Positions 52,401-64,000 of a stretch of 64,000 bases of DNA are shown piece by piece. The stretch comes from Eledone cirrhosa (taxonomy: Eukaryota), in NCBI GenBank assembly GCA_964016885.1, contig OZ024740.1, positions 220,348,001 through 220,412,000 of the forward strand, read 5' to 3'. The position numbers and the translations under genes were made by a program. The notes beneath the pieces were generated by a model. That model saw nothing but the letters and a program-made list of their open reading frames with translations, made no database searches and had not been told where the DNA came from. Within the stretch, counting starts at the first letter, position 1. Each line of letters starts with the position of its first letter.

Positions 52401-55400
52401 GCTCACGGTGGAGATGACGAAGGACCGTGACAAGTGCTATGCTGAATAAGACCCGTCCCACCCTTGCAAGCAGTGAAAAGCAGATGTAAAATGATGATGA
52501 TGACAGCCTGACCAAAGAGTCCTTTCTAAGGGCTGGACAGATTGGAGAACAACTCACTAGAACATTTCAATTTTTGGCATGGTTTCTATGGCCAGATGCC
52601 CTTCCTAACACCAACTGCCTCCCAAGGTGCCTTTTATCATAGCACCAATATTAGAGGGGTTATTATGTACTCCGCAGGACTAAACTATGTGTAAATAAAT
52701 AAGGTGAACAGACAGAATAACCTGGGAAATCTTCTAAATATCATTAAAAAAAAAAATGAGAAAGTACTCACATGAGCGGCATACTCCCACATCTCTTTTC
52801 TTTGTTGTAATCTTTCACTACATTGATGAGTCAGTTGTAATTTATTCTCAAGAGCAGATAACAGACATGACATTTCTATAAATATAAACAAAAACGTAGA
52901 AGACATATTTTTATTAACCCTTTAATGACTGCATTTCTAATGAAATACACTCTATTTTAATTAATAAATGAAGAATTTTGAAGGATTTACTAAAAAAATT
53001 ATTTATTTCATTACTAAGACAGTAACTTAATCTAAGGTTCTTATATAAAATTATGTTGGAAGATTTTAATTCAAATTGGAAACCTTTAAAATGGGTGGTT
53101 TTATTTCATAGAATCAGAGCCTGTTTTGGCCAGGTTGGTAACAAAAGGGTTAAATAATTACATTTTAAGCTCATAGAAAATGTTAAGAAATAACTGCAAA
53201 TACTGTTAATTGCTATAAATAATAGCTTACAAAATCAGATAAAATACCCCTATGGATGGGAAAAAGTGGCCAGCAGCAACTACGGAAAATCAAACTCCAT
53301 ATTTTTCAAATACCGGCTGATTGCTCTAACCATTGTGCTAAACCACCTCTGATAACAACTGTATGTAAAGCATCAAACTTTCAAAATGAAAGTGCTGAAG
53401 AATTATGAAGCTCATAGAAAATGTAAGAAACTCAGACACAGAAATAACTAGATTTTACAAAGGAAATATGTTTTAAATGCAGCAAGCAAAGATTATAATT
53501 GAAATAGAAAAGGAGTGTTTGAGGACTCTGCCCCAACCACCCTCTGAAGAGGAGATGTAAAAAAAATTAATCCAGCAGCAGCTATAAGAATATTCAGTGT
53601 AAGATTACAAGTCATTAAAAGTTTTAAGCCTTTTTGAATGTTTAAAAAAATATTTGCTAAAGTGAAGGCATGGCTGTGTGATCAAGGAGTTTATTCCATA
53701 ACAACTGCACAGCACCGTGAGCAAGTGTTTTCTATTATAGCTTTAAATTGACCAATGCTTTGTGAGCAAAACTAGCAGATGGAAACTACAGAACCCGATC
53801 ACATGCATGCATGTGTGTATCTGTGTTTACGTTTGTGTCTGTCATGTTCATGTCGCATAACTTAGTAGTTTGACAAAAAATGAAACCAATAAAATAAGTA
53901 TCAGGTTTGAAAAAATAAGTACTGGCTCAATATAATCGACTACACCAAGGCAGTATTCCAGCATGGCTTCAGTCTAATGACTGAAACAAGTAAAAGAATA
54001 AAAGACTAGAATGTTCAAAAGCCCATAAGACCACTATAATTCCATGACTTGGCCTTGTGTTTTCTGTCTCAACTACTTTTTACTGAGCTATCAATGATAA
54101 TGCTGTCTACATCAATGCAACTTATTCTTCAACAATTTTCTTAATTCACCTTACACACTCAGTTAATAACTTATATAATAAATCTCTGTATGTTTAGCTC
54201 CCACTGTCTCTGTCAAATCAATCACACCTACCATAAATATTGTTTGAATATTAAACTGATGAGAATGAGGGTGAGAATAATGACAACATATATAATTTAA
54301 TGAATTCTACTTTTGGCACAAGACCAGTATTTTGAGGGGAAGAGAAAGTCGATTACATCAACCCTAGTGCTCATTTGGTACATTATTTTATTGAACATGG
54401 AAGGATGAAAGGCAAAGTTGACCCTAGCAGTATTTGAACTCAGAATGTAAAGAGATGGAAAAAATGCTTCAAAGCAGTTTGTTTGACATGCTAATGATTC
54501 TGCCAATCCACCTTCCTCACAATATATATTATTTAATATATATATTAAAATGTTTAACTCTTAACATCCTGTAATGATTTAATAATAATAATAATAATGA
54601 AATATTGTGTACAGTGCTCAGGTGCACTACAACTCATCAAAAAGTGTATGTATACATAGTACATAGGGTAATGAATGTACAAACGCCAGGAAAATAAACA
54701 GTGCATGAGTCATGATATACACGTGTGCATGTGTATGGAAGGGGTACATCAGGTGTAGGAGAAAATATCTAAAAACAGGTTTATTAATTCAAATGTTTGT
54801 ACTATCTTTACTACTCGTTGTGAACATTTGCAATATTAGAATAAAAAACTTTTAATTCCTCATGTGATGTAGTCATACTGTCTTGTACTTTTCAACAATG
54901 TCTTGTTAATATGTTTTGATGTGGTACAGGATGTTAAGAATTAAAATTAAGTTTTATACATACGTTGTCCCATTCCTTGTTGAACTTTCTGGCAATAAAC
55001 CTGAATATCTCTTCTGCAAGCTGTATGTAAAACGGGATCGACATGTATGTCTGAAGAACCTTCATAAATGATTCGAGCAATTTCCTGAAATAAAAAAAAA
55101 AATACAAGTGTATTTTAGAAAAGGGCTTTTGGAGTAATTTACCCGACAGAGTGTGTAGCTCAGAGATCAAGGAGTTATTCCAGATAAAACAGAAACTCCT
55201 CCGAATTGAGAGATGACAGCTCCGATATTATGGATATGTGGTCAGAATGTCTAAGGAAAGAATTGCTGGATTGATTTTATGGGCAAAATCAACTGGCAGG
55301 AGACAGAGAAAAAACTCAGAACAAGACGGTTGGATAGCATCCATGAACCCAGCTGGTCATGCTTAGGGATCCAACCAAATCAACTGGAGACAGGTGCTTC

Positions 55401-58400
55401 TGACAGGACCTGCTGGAAGGCATGTTTGAGGACTCTGCCCCTGTGATCTTCCTAGTGCTGCTGCTGCCAGTGGTGGTGGTAGTGGTGGTGATGATTAGGA
55501 AGAAGTGGTGGTGATGATTAGGAAGAAGAGTTAATTTAGATAAGGAACAGTAGCTAAAATAAAAACAAAGGAGCAGTAGCTAGAATAAGAACAGGGATTC
55601 TGTCTATGAAGAAAAGGTAAATTGTATGATACTTTTATATGTTGTACAATGTTAAATAGTAGTGAGATGTGGCCAGTGAGTGCCGAGGATGTGAGAAGGC
55701 TAGAAAGAAATGAATTTGGCATGCTCTGCTGGATATGTCATATAGATGAGAAAAGAGAACAAGTGTGTATAAGAGAACTCAGGTGTTAGTGTACAAGAGA
55801 GAAAACTGCACTTGTATACACATATAATGCATATAGATGAAGTCAGTGAGGAAAAGAAGTGTCAGGAATTTTAAGTGAAAGGAAATCAAGGAAGATGAAG
55901 AACAAGGAAGAAAACTGATTCCAATATACTGAATCTCACAAAAGAGATAAAGGAATGCAACAAGCAGTGATATGCTGTTGTGTTGGAGAGGACCTTTGTA
56001 ATCTATGCAAGCATGGAACATTGTATACCAAAATGATAATGGTAATGATAGCAATATCTAAATAAAGATATAACACAAACCTTGACACACATCTTATTTT
56101 TAATGAAACCTTCTTTCAATTTATCTTTCAGGCATTCTGAAATGCGCCCTTTTCCATTATCTTCAACTTCGTATGGCACATTACCTCTTTTGTCAACATC
56201 TTCTAAACAATACAGAGTGATCTACAAGCAACAATGAAAAAACATTACATTAGATGTAGAGAAAACTTTATAAAAGGTTATAGCAAAAACCAATTCTTAG
56301 CAAATATCCAGTAACTGAACAATATTTTAAGGTCATTTTCCCTGCTAAAGCAGGGTTTCATCTTATAGGTCCCATGACCATACATTTTTCTCCCATTTTC
56401 CTAACATTTTCATCCCTCCCTCACAAATCCTTTTGCTCTCAGCCTCACACACACACACACTTCTAAACATACAGAGAAAAAAAATGAATGTGACAATGTA
56501 AAACTTACTTCCTCGTGACAAGCCTTTGCCAAAATAGGGTCTTGTTGATAATCCAAAGCAGCTTCTTTAATAATTTCCTCTATCTCATATTCACAATTTT
56601 TTGAAAGCATCTATAAAATTTATAAAACATTTCATATTCAGTTCAATTTTTATTTGATTAATGGGGAAACATTTGTTTAACGAAAAATTTGGAGGGATTT
56701 ACTAAAATGTTTGTTTCTTTAAGATAGTATTTGTAACAAACTTAATGAAAGATTGTTATATAAAATTATATTAGGTTTTAATTTAAACAGGAGCTCTTTA
56801 AAATTAGTGATTCTGCCAGACAGAAGCAGAGACAGATTGGAGCAGGTTGATATCAAAAACATTAAATCTGAAAAAATAACTTACTTGATGAACAAACTGT
56901 TTTTTTAAACAATTAATGACTTTGCCTTCAAGCTCTTGATCTTTTTTGTAACTGGTTATTATTTGAAAACAAAATTTATTAATATCCATTCTACAAGATT
57001 GCTGAAGTTGAGGATTTAGGCGATAGTCTAAAAAAGAAATTGTACATTTGAAATTAATTTTGATTTTGGGAGACACAATATTTAATATATAAAAAAATAA
57101 TGCAATTAAAAAGATGTTTAAATTAATCAGAATTTTAGGGTCACAATTGTTGCTTTTAACAAGATATCATCATTTTACACCTGTTTCCCATATTGTCATG
57201 AGTTGGAAGGGTCATTACAGACCAAATTAGTACTTAATCAGAACTACTGTCTTCCTAAATGGGTCAGTAGACTATGTCTCATTCAATATGTTCTGTTTTG
57301 GCAGTTTCCACAGCTGGTTGCCCTTCCTAATGCCAACCACTTTACAGAGTGTACTGTGTGGATTTTATGGTAACACCAGCTCTAGAGAGATTGCTCTGAC
57401 CTTGATGTGACTGAAGATTCCTCCCTATTATTATTTGCATGGTTTCTATATATTTCAAATATCAATTTTGCCAATGAAATTCCTCAGCTCTGGACATTAT
57501 TTAGATCAACATCACTATCACTGTTTAACGTCCATTTTCCAAGCTAGTATGGGTTAGACAAGTTGTTGCATTGTGAGACAAGTTAGATCAGATGACCATG
57601 TCTTGTTCACACAGAACTGTTTCTGGCTTGGTTTCTACAGCTGAATGCCCTTCCTTACACCAACATTTAGTGTTTAGATCAATTAAATAAGACAGTGGGA
57701 TATGCTTGGTCATGTGCTACACATGAAGAGACTAATGGGATCCTATCGAGTGGCAGCCAGAAGACATGGAGTAGTGAGTAATAAGCAAAGCAGACCTGAC
57801 AAAAGTTAGTACAGGTTTGTTAGGGAGGACCTGGCAGATATGGACCTAGCTTGGGAGCAGGTTTATGACAGGGCTTGCAACTGTGCTGGATGGCAATCTC
57901 TCATTTTTCAATGCTCTATACAGAGCAAGAGAAACTAAACAAGAAAAGTAAATATCTAAATACTTCTATCACCAAGCTCTGACAAAATGACTTCGGTATC
58001 TTTATTATACTCCCAAAAATAAAAATATTTAGACATGGCTTAACTTATATGGCTTTAAGTAGTGTCATTCATATTAAAAATGAAAATAAAATTATTTTTC
58101 CAAAAATACAACTAAGATCACAATTTCCTGAGAAGTAAAAATTGCTTAAAACCTACCAGTATTCTGAAGTTTCTGTCGCTGAATAACAATTTGTCTACAT
58201 TGTGGATCGAAGTCTTCATCATTCTTGTGTTGTTTCAAACAATATAAAATTTCTGAAACTTTATAGTTATTGCAATAATGCTAGAAAAAGTGAAGTTAAA
58301 AATACATTATATTACATTGCCAAAATTAACAAAATATAAATAGTTCAACACAATAAATATATTTCTAATCCTTTTAATATCAAACCAACTGAAACATCCC

Positions 58401-60978
58401 GTGGTTCTACGATACTAAACTGTTTATTTGAAAGAGTTCATAGTTATCAAAAAAACCTTTAAGTTATATTCCAAACACCAATTTAATGAGAAAAAGGTAA
58501 TTCTAATAAATCCCTCCAAATTCTTATTTTCATGGGTTGGATGACACATATTTTTTCAAGGCAGTTTTTCAATGGCTAGCTACCCTGCCTAATTCCAATG
58601 CATACTTATTTTTAAGCATGATATACACTGCTCATTTTGTAGGACTTAAACAAATATCACAACTGGCTTGAAATAGTGTTTATATGAAGGCGTAAAGAGA
58701 AAGACAGACATGTACATATATACAATGAGCTTCCTCACAGTCTACCAAATTCACCCACAAGGTATTCATGAACACATTGGTGTTGGAAAGGCCTGAATCC
58801 AATTGCCTGGGGTCCTAGTTCCCTCTTAACCAATTGCTTGGGCTGACCTCTGGTGAGAACAATTTTAAAATCCGTACCACTGGACTTTTTATGCCAGTTT
58901 TCCATGCTGGCATGGGTTAAGCAAAACCATACTTTATTTTAAACTATGATATATACTGTTCACCTTTGCCAATCCAGTTAGCTATGATACATAAACAACC
59001 ATCACTGCTTGCATCACACACGCATGCGTTATTATATCATGTTTTGATAAATGAACTAAAATTAAGTAAAATTGAATGAGCAGTACTCACTTTAATCATT
59101 TTCTTGCAAACTATTTTCAAACTATAATCAATGCTGTTATCTATACTGTCAGCTTTCTGTATAGAATAGAAGAAAATAAAAGGAAATGTCATAAATTTCT
59201 TTAAAATAATTAGACAGTTGAAAAGATAGGGTGGTCTTAGTGGATAGCTGGGTGAAGTTAGTGTGGTTAATGTTCAGGAGACAAAGGATTATGAAAGAAT
59301 TAAGTAGTCAGGGGTGGGTGAAACACAAGAGAGAGCAAGAAACAATGAGTATATAAAACATACTAACCTCTCTTTTAAAAATAACCTTATGGCAACTATC
59401 AGAGAGACGTGGTTGGTGTTCTTTTAGGCATTCAATGATCTAGTTATATAAAAAATACATAGCAATTAATAACAGTCAATATCATTTTTTTTAATGATAA
59501 ATAAGAAAAATAATTTAAAATAAAATATTTTTAATTTTATATACAGGTTCGCTGCTTTTTAACACCACATTTCTCCTTAAAATTGAAGTATTGATATAAC
59601 TGAAAATGAGTAGTGGGTAATTTGCATAAAGAAGCTTTAACCCATTCCTTAAATGAGTAGTGGGTAATTTGCATAAAGAAACTTTAACCCATTCCTTACC
59701 ATATTTCTAATAAACAACATTGTCTATAATTTTCAAACTGTTTTGAAAGTTAAGAATTTGGAGAGACTTAGTAATATAACCAATTTTCATGAAATAACCT
59801 GGTGTTTGGAGCAGAGTAGGTCACCCACGTGAGTAAACCCCATGATTTAGAATGGCTGTTTCAACACATCTCCATTGCTATCCTCTGGGATAATGCTTTC
59901 TCTATTGTATTGGTTGGAACTATGAAGAAACTGGTGCCTGGAGTTCTGCACACCAGAGAGCATTCTCTCATAATGTCCAGGCAAGTATCATTGGGTAGTA
60001 ATAGTATAGGTTGCTGACATCTACATCTGTCAACACACACACCTTTCATGTTTGGGATGTTTCTCGACAATGGAGATTATTGGAAGTTTCTTACAGAAAA
60101 CTATGATGATGACAACAGGAAAAATTAAAATAAGATATATATTTACTTGAGCATTTCCTGGAGCTTTATGAGCACAAAACTTCTTTCTGTCCAATTCACA
60201 TGCCTTTTTTAACTCTGGGTCTAAATTCAAGCTTTCACTCTATAAAATATATACATAAAAAGAAAAAAATGAAATAAAAAAAAATTTATTTAAAAAGAAA
60301 AAGAAAATATTGGTCACGTAGAACAAAATTTATTCTTAATCAAAAAACTGTTGTAGTATGGCTCACACCCAAATAGGTTTAGCCTGCCTCCTATAAGATT
60401 TCTTGGGTGTTTTAATAATAGGGAGTCTCAGTTCTATCATGTCACTCTTTTTATGGTGACAAGAAATGGGATGTAAAATCAGAACATAAGAGCTAGAACA
60501 AATACCACATAGCATCCTGTCCAAGATATAATTAGATGTTAAAAGATATTAAAGAATCAACTTCGCTTGTTTGTTTTCTTTCCCAGTTTAACTCTTATCA
60601 TCCTGTAATGATTTGAACAAAAGGTTTGTTAATTCAAATGTTTATCATGTCTTTATTGGTATAGTGGACAGATCATTGTGAAAATTTGCATTATTAGAGT
60701 CTCTGACAGTAATTTTTAATATGATGCTGTCATAACACTGTTGTGTACTTTTCAAGAATGTGTTGCAAATATAGTTTTATGTAGTACAAGGATGTTAAGA
60801 GTTAATATATGATTGACAGGAATAAATAACAAGTGATCTGGGTAGTAAAAAAGTGCTGCTTACTCTTTGTAACAGTTCAACTCTGAGTTGGTGTCGACAG
60901 TCTTTATCAATGCGATGTTTTTCATCTAATAATGTGTCATTGCGAACATGTTCACTTAGGCAGGCAATAACATCAGGC
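49298..60978 (-). CDS. GLG1: Golgi apparatus protein 1 (GLG1/CFR/ESL-1/MG-160), last 11 coding exons; gene starts beyond the window's right end
   Basis: Manually spliced exons 60864-60978, 60147-60239, 59368-59439, 59091-59156, 58157-58280, 56885-57027, 56509-56610, 56081-56221, 54964-55084, 52772-52875, 49298-49465 join in frame (1249 nt) with GT-AG introns. They give Cys-rich GLG1 repeats (DYRLNPQLQQSCRMDINKFC, DIHVDPVLHTACRRDIQVYC), a TM helix and the tail GLTCGRVTKRQRAELKNK*, matching the vertebrate GLG1 C-terminus (GLMCGRITKRVTRELKDR) as I recall it. Confidence 0.96.
49745..52503 (+). mobile_element. RTE-clade LINE, 5'-truncated and frameshifted, antisense in the last GLG1 intron
   Basis: APE (SAYAPQ, FNGHVG, SQIDF, PQHRLVV), RT (NYRGIKL, DLEKAFDRV, HQGSVLSP, YADD), internal C..C/H..C finger, RRLQWYGHVMRM, RPRKTW; (ATG)n tail. 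Confidence 0.93.
52772..52875 (-). CDS. GLG1: GLG1 penultimate coding exon (MSCLLSALENKLQLTHQCSERLQQRKEMWEYAAH)
   Basis: 104 nt, phase 1/0, TAG...GTGAGT. Confidence 0.93.
54580..54757 (-). mobile_element. Short CR1 3'UTR with intact (ATT)n tail, inserted in a TTAA MITE in a GLG1 intron
   Basis: (AAT)n followed by gaaatattgtgtacagtgctcaggtgcactacaactcatc. Confidence 0.8.
54964..55084 (-). CDS. GLG1: GLG1 internal exon (EIARIIYEGSSDIHVDPVLHTACRRDIQVYCQKVQQGMGQ)
   Basis: 121 nt, phase 0/1, CAG...GTATGT. Confidence 0.94.
56081..56221 (-). CDS. GLG1: GLG1 internal exon (ITLYCLEDVDKRG...GRISECLKDKLKEGFIKNKMCVK)
   Basis: 141 nt, phase 0/0, TAG...GTTTGT. Confidence 0.92.
56509..56610 (-). CDS. GLG1: GLG1 internal exon (MLSKNCEYEIEEIIKEAALDYQQDPILAKACHEE)
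   Basis: 102 nt, phase 0/0, TAG...GTAAGT. Confidence 0.93.
56885..57027 (-). CDS. GLG1: GLG1 internal exon (DYRLNPQLQQSCRMDINKFC...CLKKQFVHQ)
   Basis: 143 nt, phase 1/0, TAG...GTAAGT. Confidence 0.93.
58157..58280 (-). CDS. GLG1: GLG1 internal exon (HYCNNYKVSEILYCLKQHKNDEDFDPQCRQIVIQRQKLQNT)
   Basis: 124 nt, phase 0/1, TAG...GTAGGT. Confidence 0.92.
59091..59156 (-). CDS. GLG1: GLG1 internal exon (KADSIDNSIDYSLKIVCKKMIK)
   Basis: 66 nt, phase 0/0, CAG...GTGAGT. Confidence 0.9.
59368..59439 (-). CDS. GLG1: GLG1 internal exon (IIECLKEHQPRLSDSCHKVIFKRE)
   Basis: 72 nt, phase 0/0, AG...GTTAGT. Confidence 0.9.
60147..60239 (-). CDS. GLG1: GLG1 internal exon (SESLNLDPELKKACELDRKKFCAHKAPGNAQ)
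   Basis: 93 nt, phase 0/0, AG...GTAAAT. Confidence 0.92.
60588..60805. mobile_element. Second TTAA-MITE family; further copies at ~34525-34743 and ~54554-54944
   Basis: TIR TTAACTCTTA(A/T)CATCCTGTA...GGATGTTAAGAGTTAA. Confidence 0.8.
60864..60978 (-). CDS. GLG1: GLG1 internal exon (PDVIACLSEHVRNDTLLDEKHRIDKDCRHQLRVELLQR)
   Basis: AG acceptor at 60980-60979, GTAAGC donor; VRNDTL motif of GLG1. Confidence 0.92.
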
Positions 60979-61336
60979 CTAACAAATGTTAAAAAATAAA
61001 GACTTTAATAGAAGACATTCTTAAACATTTAGCATGAGGGTCAACAAAAGTCTAAATCATTTATGTATGCACACACAATGCCTAAGCCAATGTATATGTA
61101 TACATTGTGAATACAACCTATTCCAATAGCAACAGTCAAACCACTTCTTAGTCTTCTTGATTCCATTTTTAAAGTATTTGCATTTACATAAAAAAATCTC
61201 CAATCATAATCTTATGAACAAACCTCATTTAAGTCATACAAGTTGTAGCCCAGGTTTTCCTTAGGGCATACAGAAATGCATGCATGCAGTTTTTCCACAC
61301 ATGATCATCGTCATTTTAGGTATATATATACACACA

Positions 61337-61662
61337 TCATCATCATCATTTTATGTCCACTTTTCCCTGCTTGCAAGGGTGGGACGGCAACTGATTCTGG
61401 CTTGATTTCTACAGCTGGATGCCCTTCCTAACACCTCATTTTTACAGTGAGTGCTGGGTGCTTTTTTGCCGTGGCACCTCCATGACCACTTTGCAGTGGA
61501 ATGGACCCCAGTCCCTATCATCTCATTTCTACAGCTGAGTAAACTGGAGCAATGTGAAATAAAGTGTCTTGCTCAAGGAAGCAACACATCACCCGGTCTG
61601 AGAATTAAACTCACAACCTTTCGATTGCAAGGCCAATGCTCTAACCACTAAGCCATGTGCCT

Positions 61663-61665
<3 letters not shown>
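61337..61665 (-). mobile_element. Composite SINE: tRNA head + CORE-like box + Meta-like domain + RTE-derived (ATG)n tail
   Basis: Minus strand: tRNA-like head, TCCTTGAGCAAGACACTT, GTTAGGAAGGGCATCCAGCTGTAGAAA, CACCCTTGCAAGCAG.GAAAAG..(ATG)n. Fragments of this group at ~3390-3670, 8830-9010, 14173-14290, 15020-15148, 15622-15900, 20150-20345, 20860-21220, 25070-25212, 35745-35905, 40780-41160, 44440-44620 and 57500-57665. Confidence 0.75.
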
Positions 61666-61698
<33 letters not shown>

Positions 61699-61917
61699 GG
61701 GGTAACAGATTATTGTTATAGGTAGTCCACTTAAGTGTAGTCCAGTTATGGTACTCCGAGTAGTGGATGATATCAACGCTTGGCTAAGTTTGACTCAACA
61801 AGGCGTTTCCATAGTGATGTTGCGAGTACGCTGTAATTCCTATGTTGTAAACACTTGGAGTAGTGATAAATCAGGAAAGAAGAGTGACACGGTTTGCTAT
61901 ACAAAAAAGGTTTTTAA

Positions 61918-62038
61918 TCTCATTGCTGACAATTGTTTCTCTGAACTGGTAGGTCTAGAGATCGCTACCCGCTTGTTTTCACATTATTTGATCACCAATA
62001 CAAAGTTATAACCAGTCAATTCATCAGAGCTTGTGAGA
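61918..62038 (-). ncRNA. Type I hammerhead ribozyme motif (Penelope minimal type, palindromic helix III)
   Basis: UCUCA-caa-GCU CUGAUGA [stem II UUGACUGGU...ACCAGUUCAG] GAAAC-AAUU-GUC^AGC-aa-UGAGA; ACAAUUGU palindrome; A.A mismatch at the base of stem II. Confidence 0.8.
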
Positions 62039-62807
62039 ATGAAAGGAATATACAGGCATGGCTACTATATATAGTAGTAATGGCATTCAATCAGAACAAT
62101 AACAACAATACTAACAATGCTATCAATAAATTATTTGAAATAATCACAACATCAATCTAGGTGGGAAGTATAGTATATCTACGATTTTAGCGTGTAAGAC
62201 TAGCTGACATGAGGCAGATGTATAAAATTGACATGTAAAAGCTGTCATGGGGTGTATTATATATAGTGTAAAGATAAGCCGGGGGCTTTAAACAATGTAG
62301 GTCTGGTGGCCGTAAGAATCATTTATTATCTGACAGATGAAGAATTTATCACTGTAGTGAGGATAGTAATATTTGTGTGGTCTATATTAGATGAAAGGGT
62401 TGTCAATCTTTCTCATCATCAATAACATACATGTATAAGACAACATTAACAGAGTAGCAATATAATAGGCAAGTTAATACAGAGGTTAAGGAGGCAATAT
62501 ATATATATATATATATATAAAGAGAAAACATGCTGACTACAATTATAACAGGAGGAAGGTAAAGTTCTGCTGTAGTAGTATTTTGAAATGTTCTTGGATT
62601 TAGGTTCATTTGTTGAGAGTCAAGGGTGAGTAAGTTGTGTTGACAGCAGCTGAGAAGAGATATATTTATGGGTTGATAAGGTACTTACAGACATTAGTGT
62701 GGTATAGAATTAAGAAGGCTAGAATGTACTTAATGATTATATTTCTGTGGTGGTTCGTGCAGTATAGTGGGTATCCTAAGTTGAAAGCTAAGTTACGTCG
62801 GTTCGAT

Positions 62808-64000
62808 TCACGGAGGCTTAAATCTTGTGAATTTAGTGGCGATCCTGTGTCTGCAGAAGATTGATCTTTCTAACTTGTTGTTGAGTAGCCTTTTTACATT
62901 TCTAAGGATATATAGTAATTCTAGATCACAGAGCCTACAGTGGGACATACCGGTACTGTAGGTCTTTGCAGCTGACAACCTCGACCAGTTGATACTGTAG
63001 TTGGTGTTATTGTCCTTAAGTTCCCAGATTTTTGGGGCGAGGGTTGTAGAACCCATAAGTGCATGATTTTTCATCGAGTGTCTGTGCACATACCATCTTT
63101 TTTTAAAAGTACCTGCGGTGGATCCAATGTAATGCCAAGTGGAGTTGTCTGAGTTGACCGTACATATGTACACTAGGCTCGAATCAAGGCATCTATTTGC
63201 CAATGGGCACCTATCCGGTAGGTGACAGTTACAGTTTGAGGTGTTATTTCGTGCAGCTTCCACACTGCTATAAGTGGGTTGTGATTCATGCCCGTTGGGG
63301 TTTTGCTGCTGCGTGCTTGTATGCGGTTGTGATACTGTGATGTGTTTATGTTTATAATTTGGTGCTATGTTGCGCATAGATGGGGCGGATTCCATAGAGG
63401 TATTTCTATGGTTGATCTTGCGTATGTGCGATTCTATATTTGCTGCCGTAGAGCATGAGAGTTTTATAGTTTTTCTATTGAGTATTTTATGATATCTGTG
63501 TGAAATAGGGAAGTGTTTATCTATTAGTTTAAAGAATGTAGAAGGCAGTCTAGTTTTTACAAGAGTTGAAGATTGGATTGAACCATAGGTATTTTCTTTC
63601 TCTGATTCTTCTATTGTTTCTAGGGTTTACATTATTGGTGTTTGGACCGCTTACTCTAGGTGCTACGTGCCTAACTCTATGTCTAGTCCTGTTACCTCTA
63701 TTTTTGTGTGAGCGGTTGGTGTAATTGCTAGTAGGTTTGTTTAAGTTGTCTTTATTCGCTATATACTGCAGTTTATCTTTATGTCCAGCCCTATGTAATG
63801 CTGCTTTATAATAGTTAGCATGTTCATTAAAAATTTCTAGGTTTGAGGATAAGCGGGATATTCTAAGGAATATACTACGTGCTATGGATCTGATTATGGA
63901 TTTGGGGTGGTTTGAGTTATAACTAATGTAGGCCAGATTCTCATTATTTTTGTGGAAGGGTTCTATTAATCCCGTATTTAGATTTAGAGTCACATCTAGA
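62808..64000 (-). pseudogene. Penelope-like RT C-terminus + GIY-YIG endonuclease, one frameshift near 63570
   Basis: ORFs 63550-63993 and 62808-63395 are linked by an open stretch VKTRLPSTFFKLIDKHFPISHRYHKILNRKTIKLS in the downstream frame. Confidence 0.88.

Larger units (their letters stand above)
61698..64000 (-). mobile_element. Penelope-like element (Neptune-type), 3' part with pseudo-LTR, inside a GLG1 intron; abuts (TA)n
   Basis: RT thumb (LDVTLNL..SNHP..RISRLSS), WFNP, LIDKHFP linker, CNC..CPL..C, GIY-YIG (LVY..YIGST..FKKRW), CRLC, CRH; hammerhead motif downstream. Confidence 0.9.

Overview
Eukaryotic, very repeat-rich animal DNA. The SINE/LINE repertoire and microsatellite load point to an octopus-type cephalopod (inference). 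The only host gene I can support is the 3' end of GLG1 (Golgi apparatus protein 1 / cysteine-rich FGF receptor / ESL-1) on the minus strand: 11 coding exons between 49298 and 60978, all GT-AG and phase-consistent, about 415 aa, ending in the TM helix and the GRVTKRQRAELKNK* tail. The rest is mobile DNA and simple repeats: a near full-length Tx1/L1-clade LINE (26526-32396), a 5'-truncated relative (4763-6631), a Dong/R4-type RLE fragment, four CR1 3' pieces, an RTE LINE in the last GLG1 intron, a Penelope-like element (GIY-YIG) in a GLG1 intron, many tRNA-derived SINEs, hAT/mariner/piggyBac-type MITEs, a non-autonomous Helitron and large micro/minisatellites. Most long ORFs in the ORF track are microsatellite artefacts. 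Highlights: (1) the (ATT)n tails of CR1 copies appear to act as landing pads for Tx1, Dong and a SINE, seen twice independently; (2) two type I hammerhead ribozyme motifs, one in sense orientation within a GLG1 intron; (3) SINE 3' tails that match LINE 3' ends present in the same window. Family names come from motif recognition; no database search was run.
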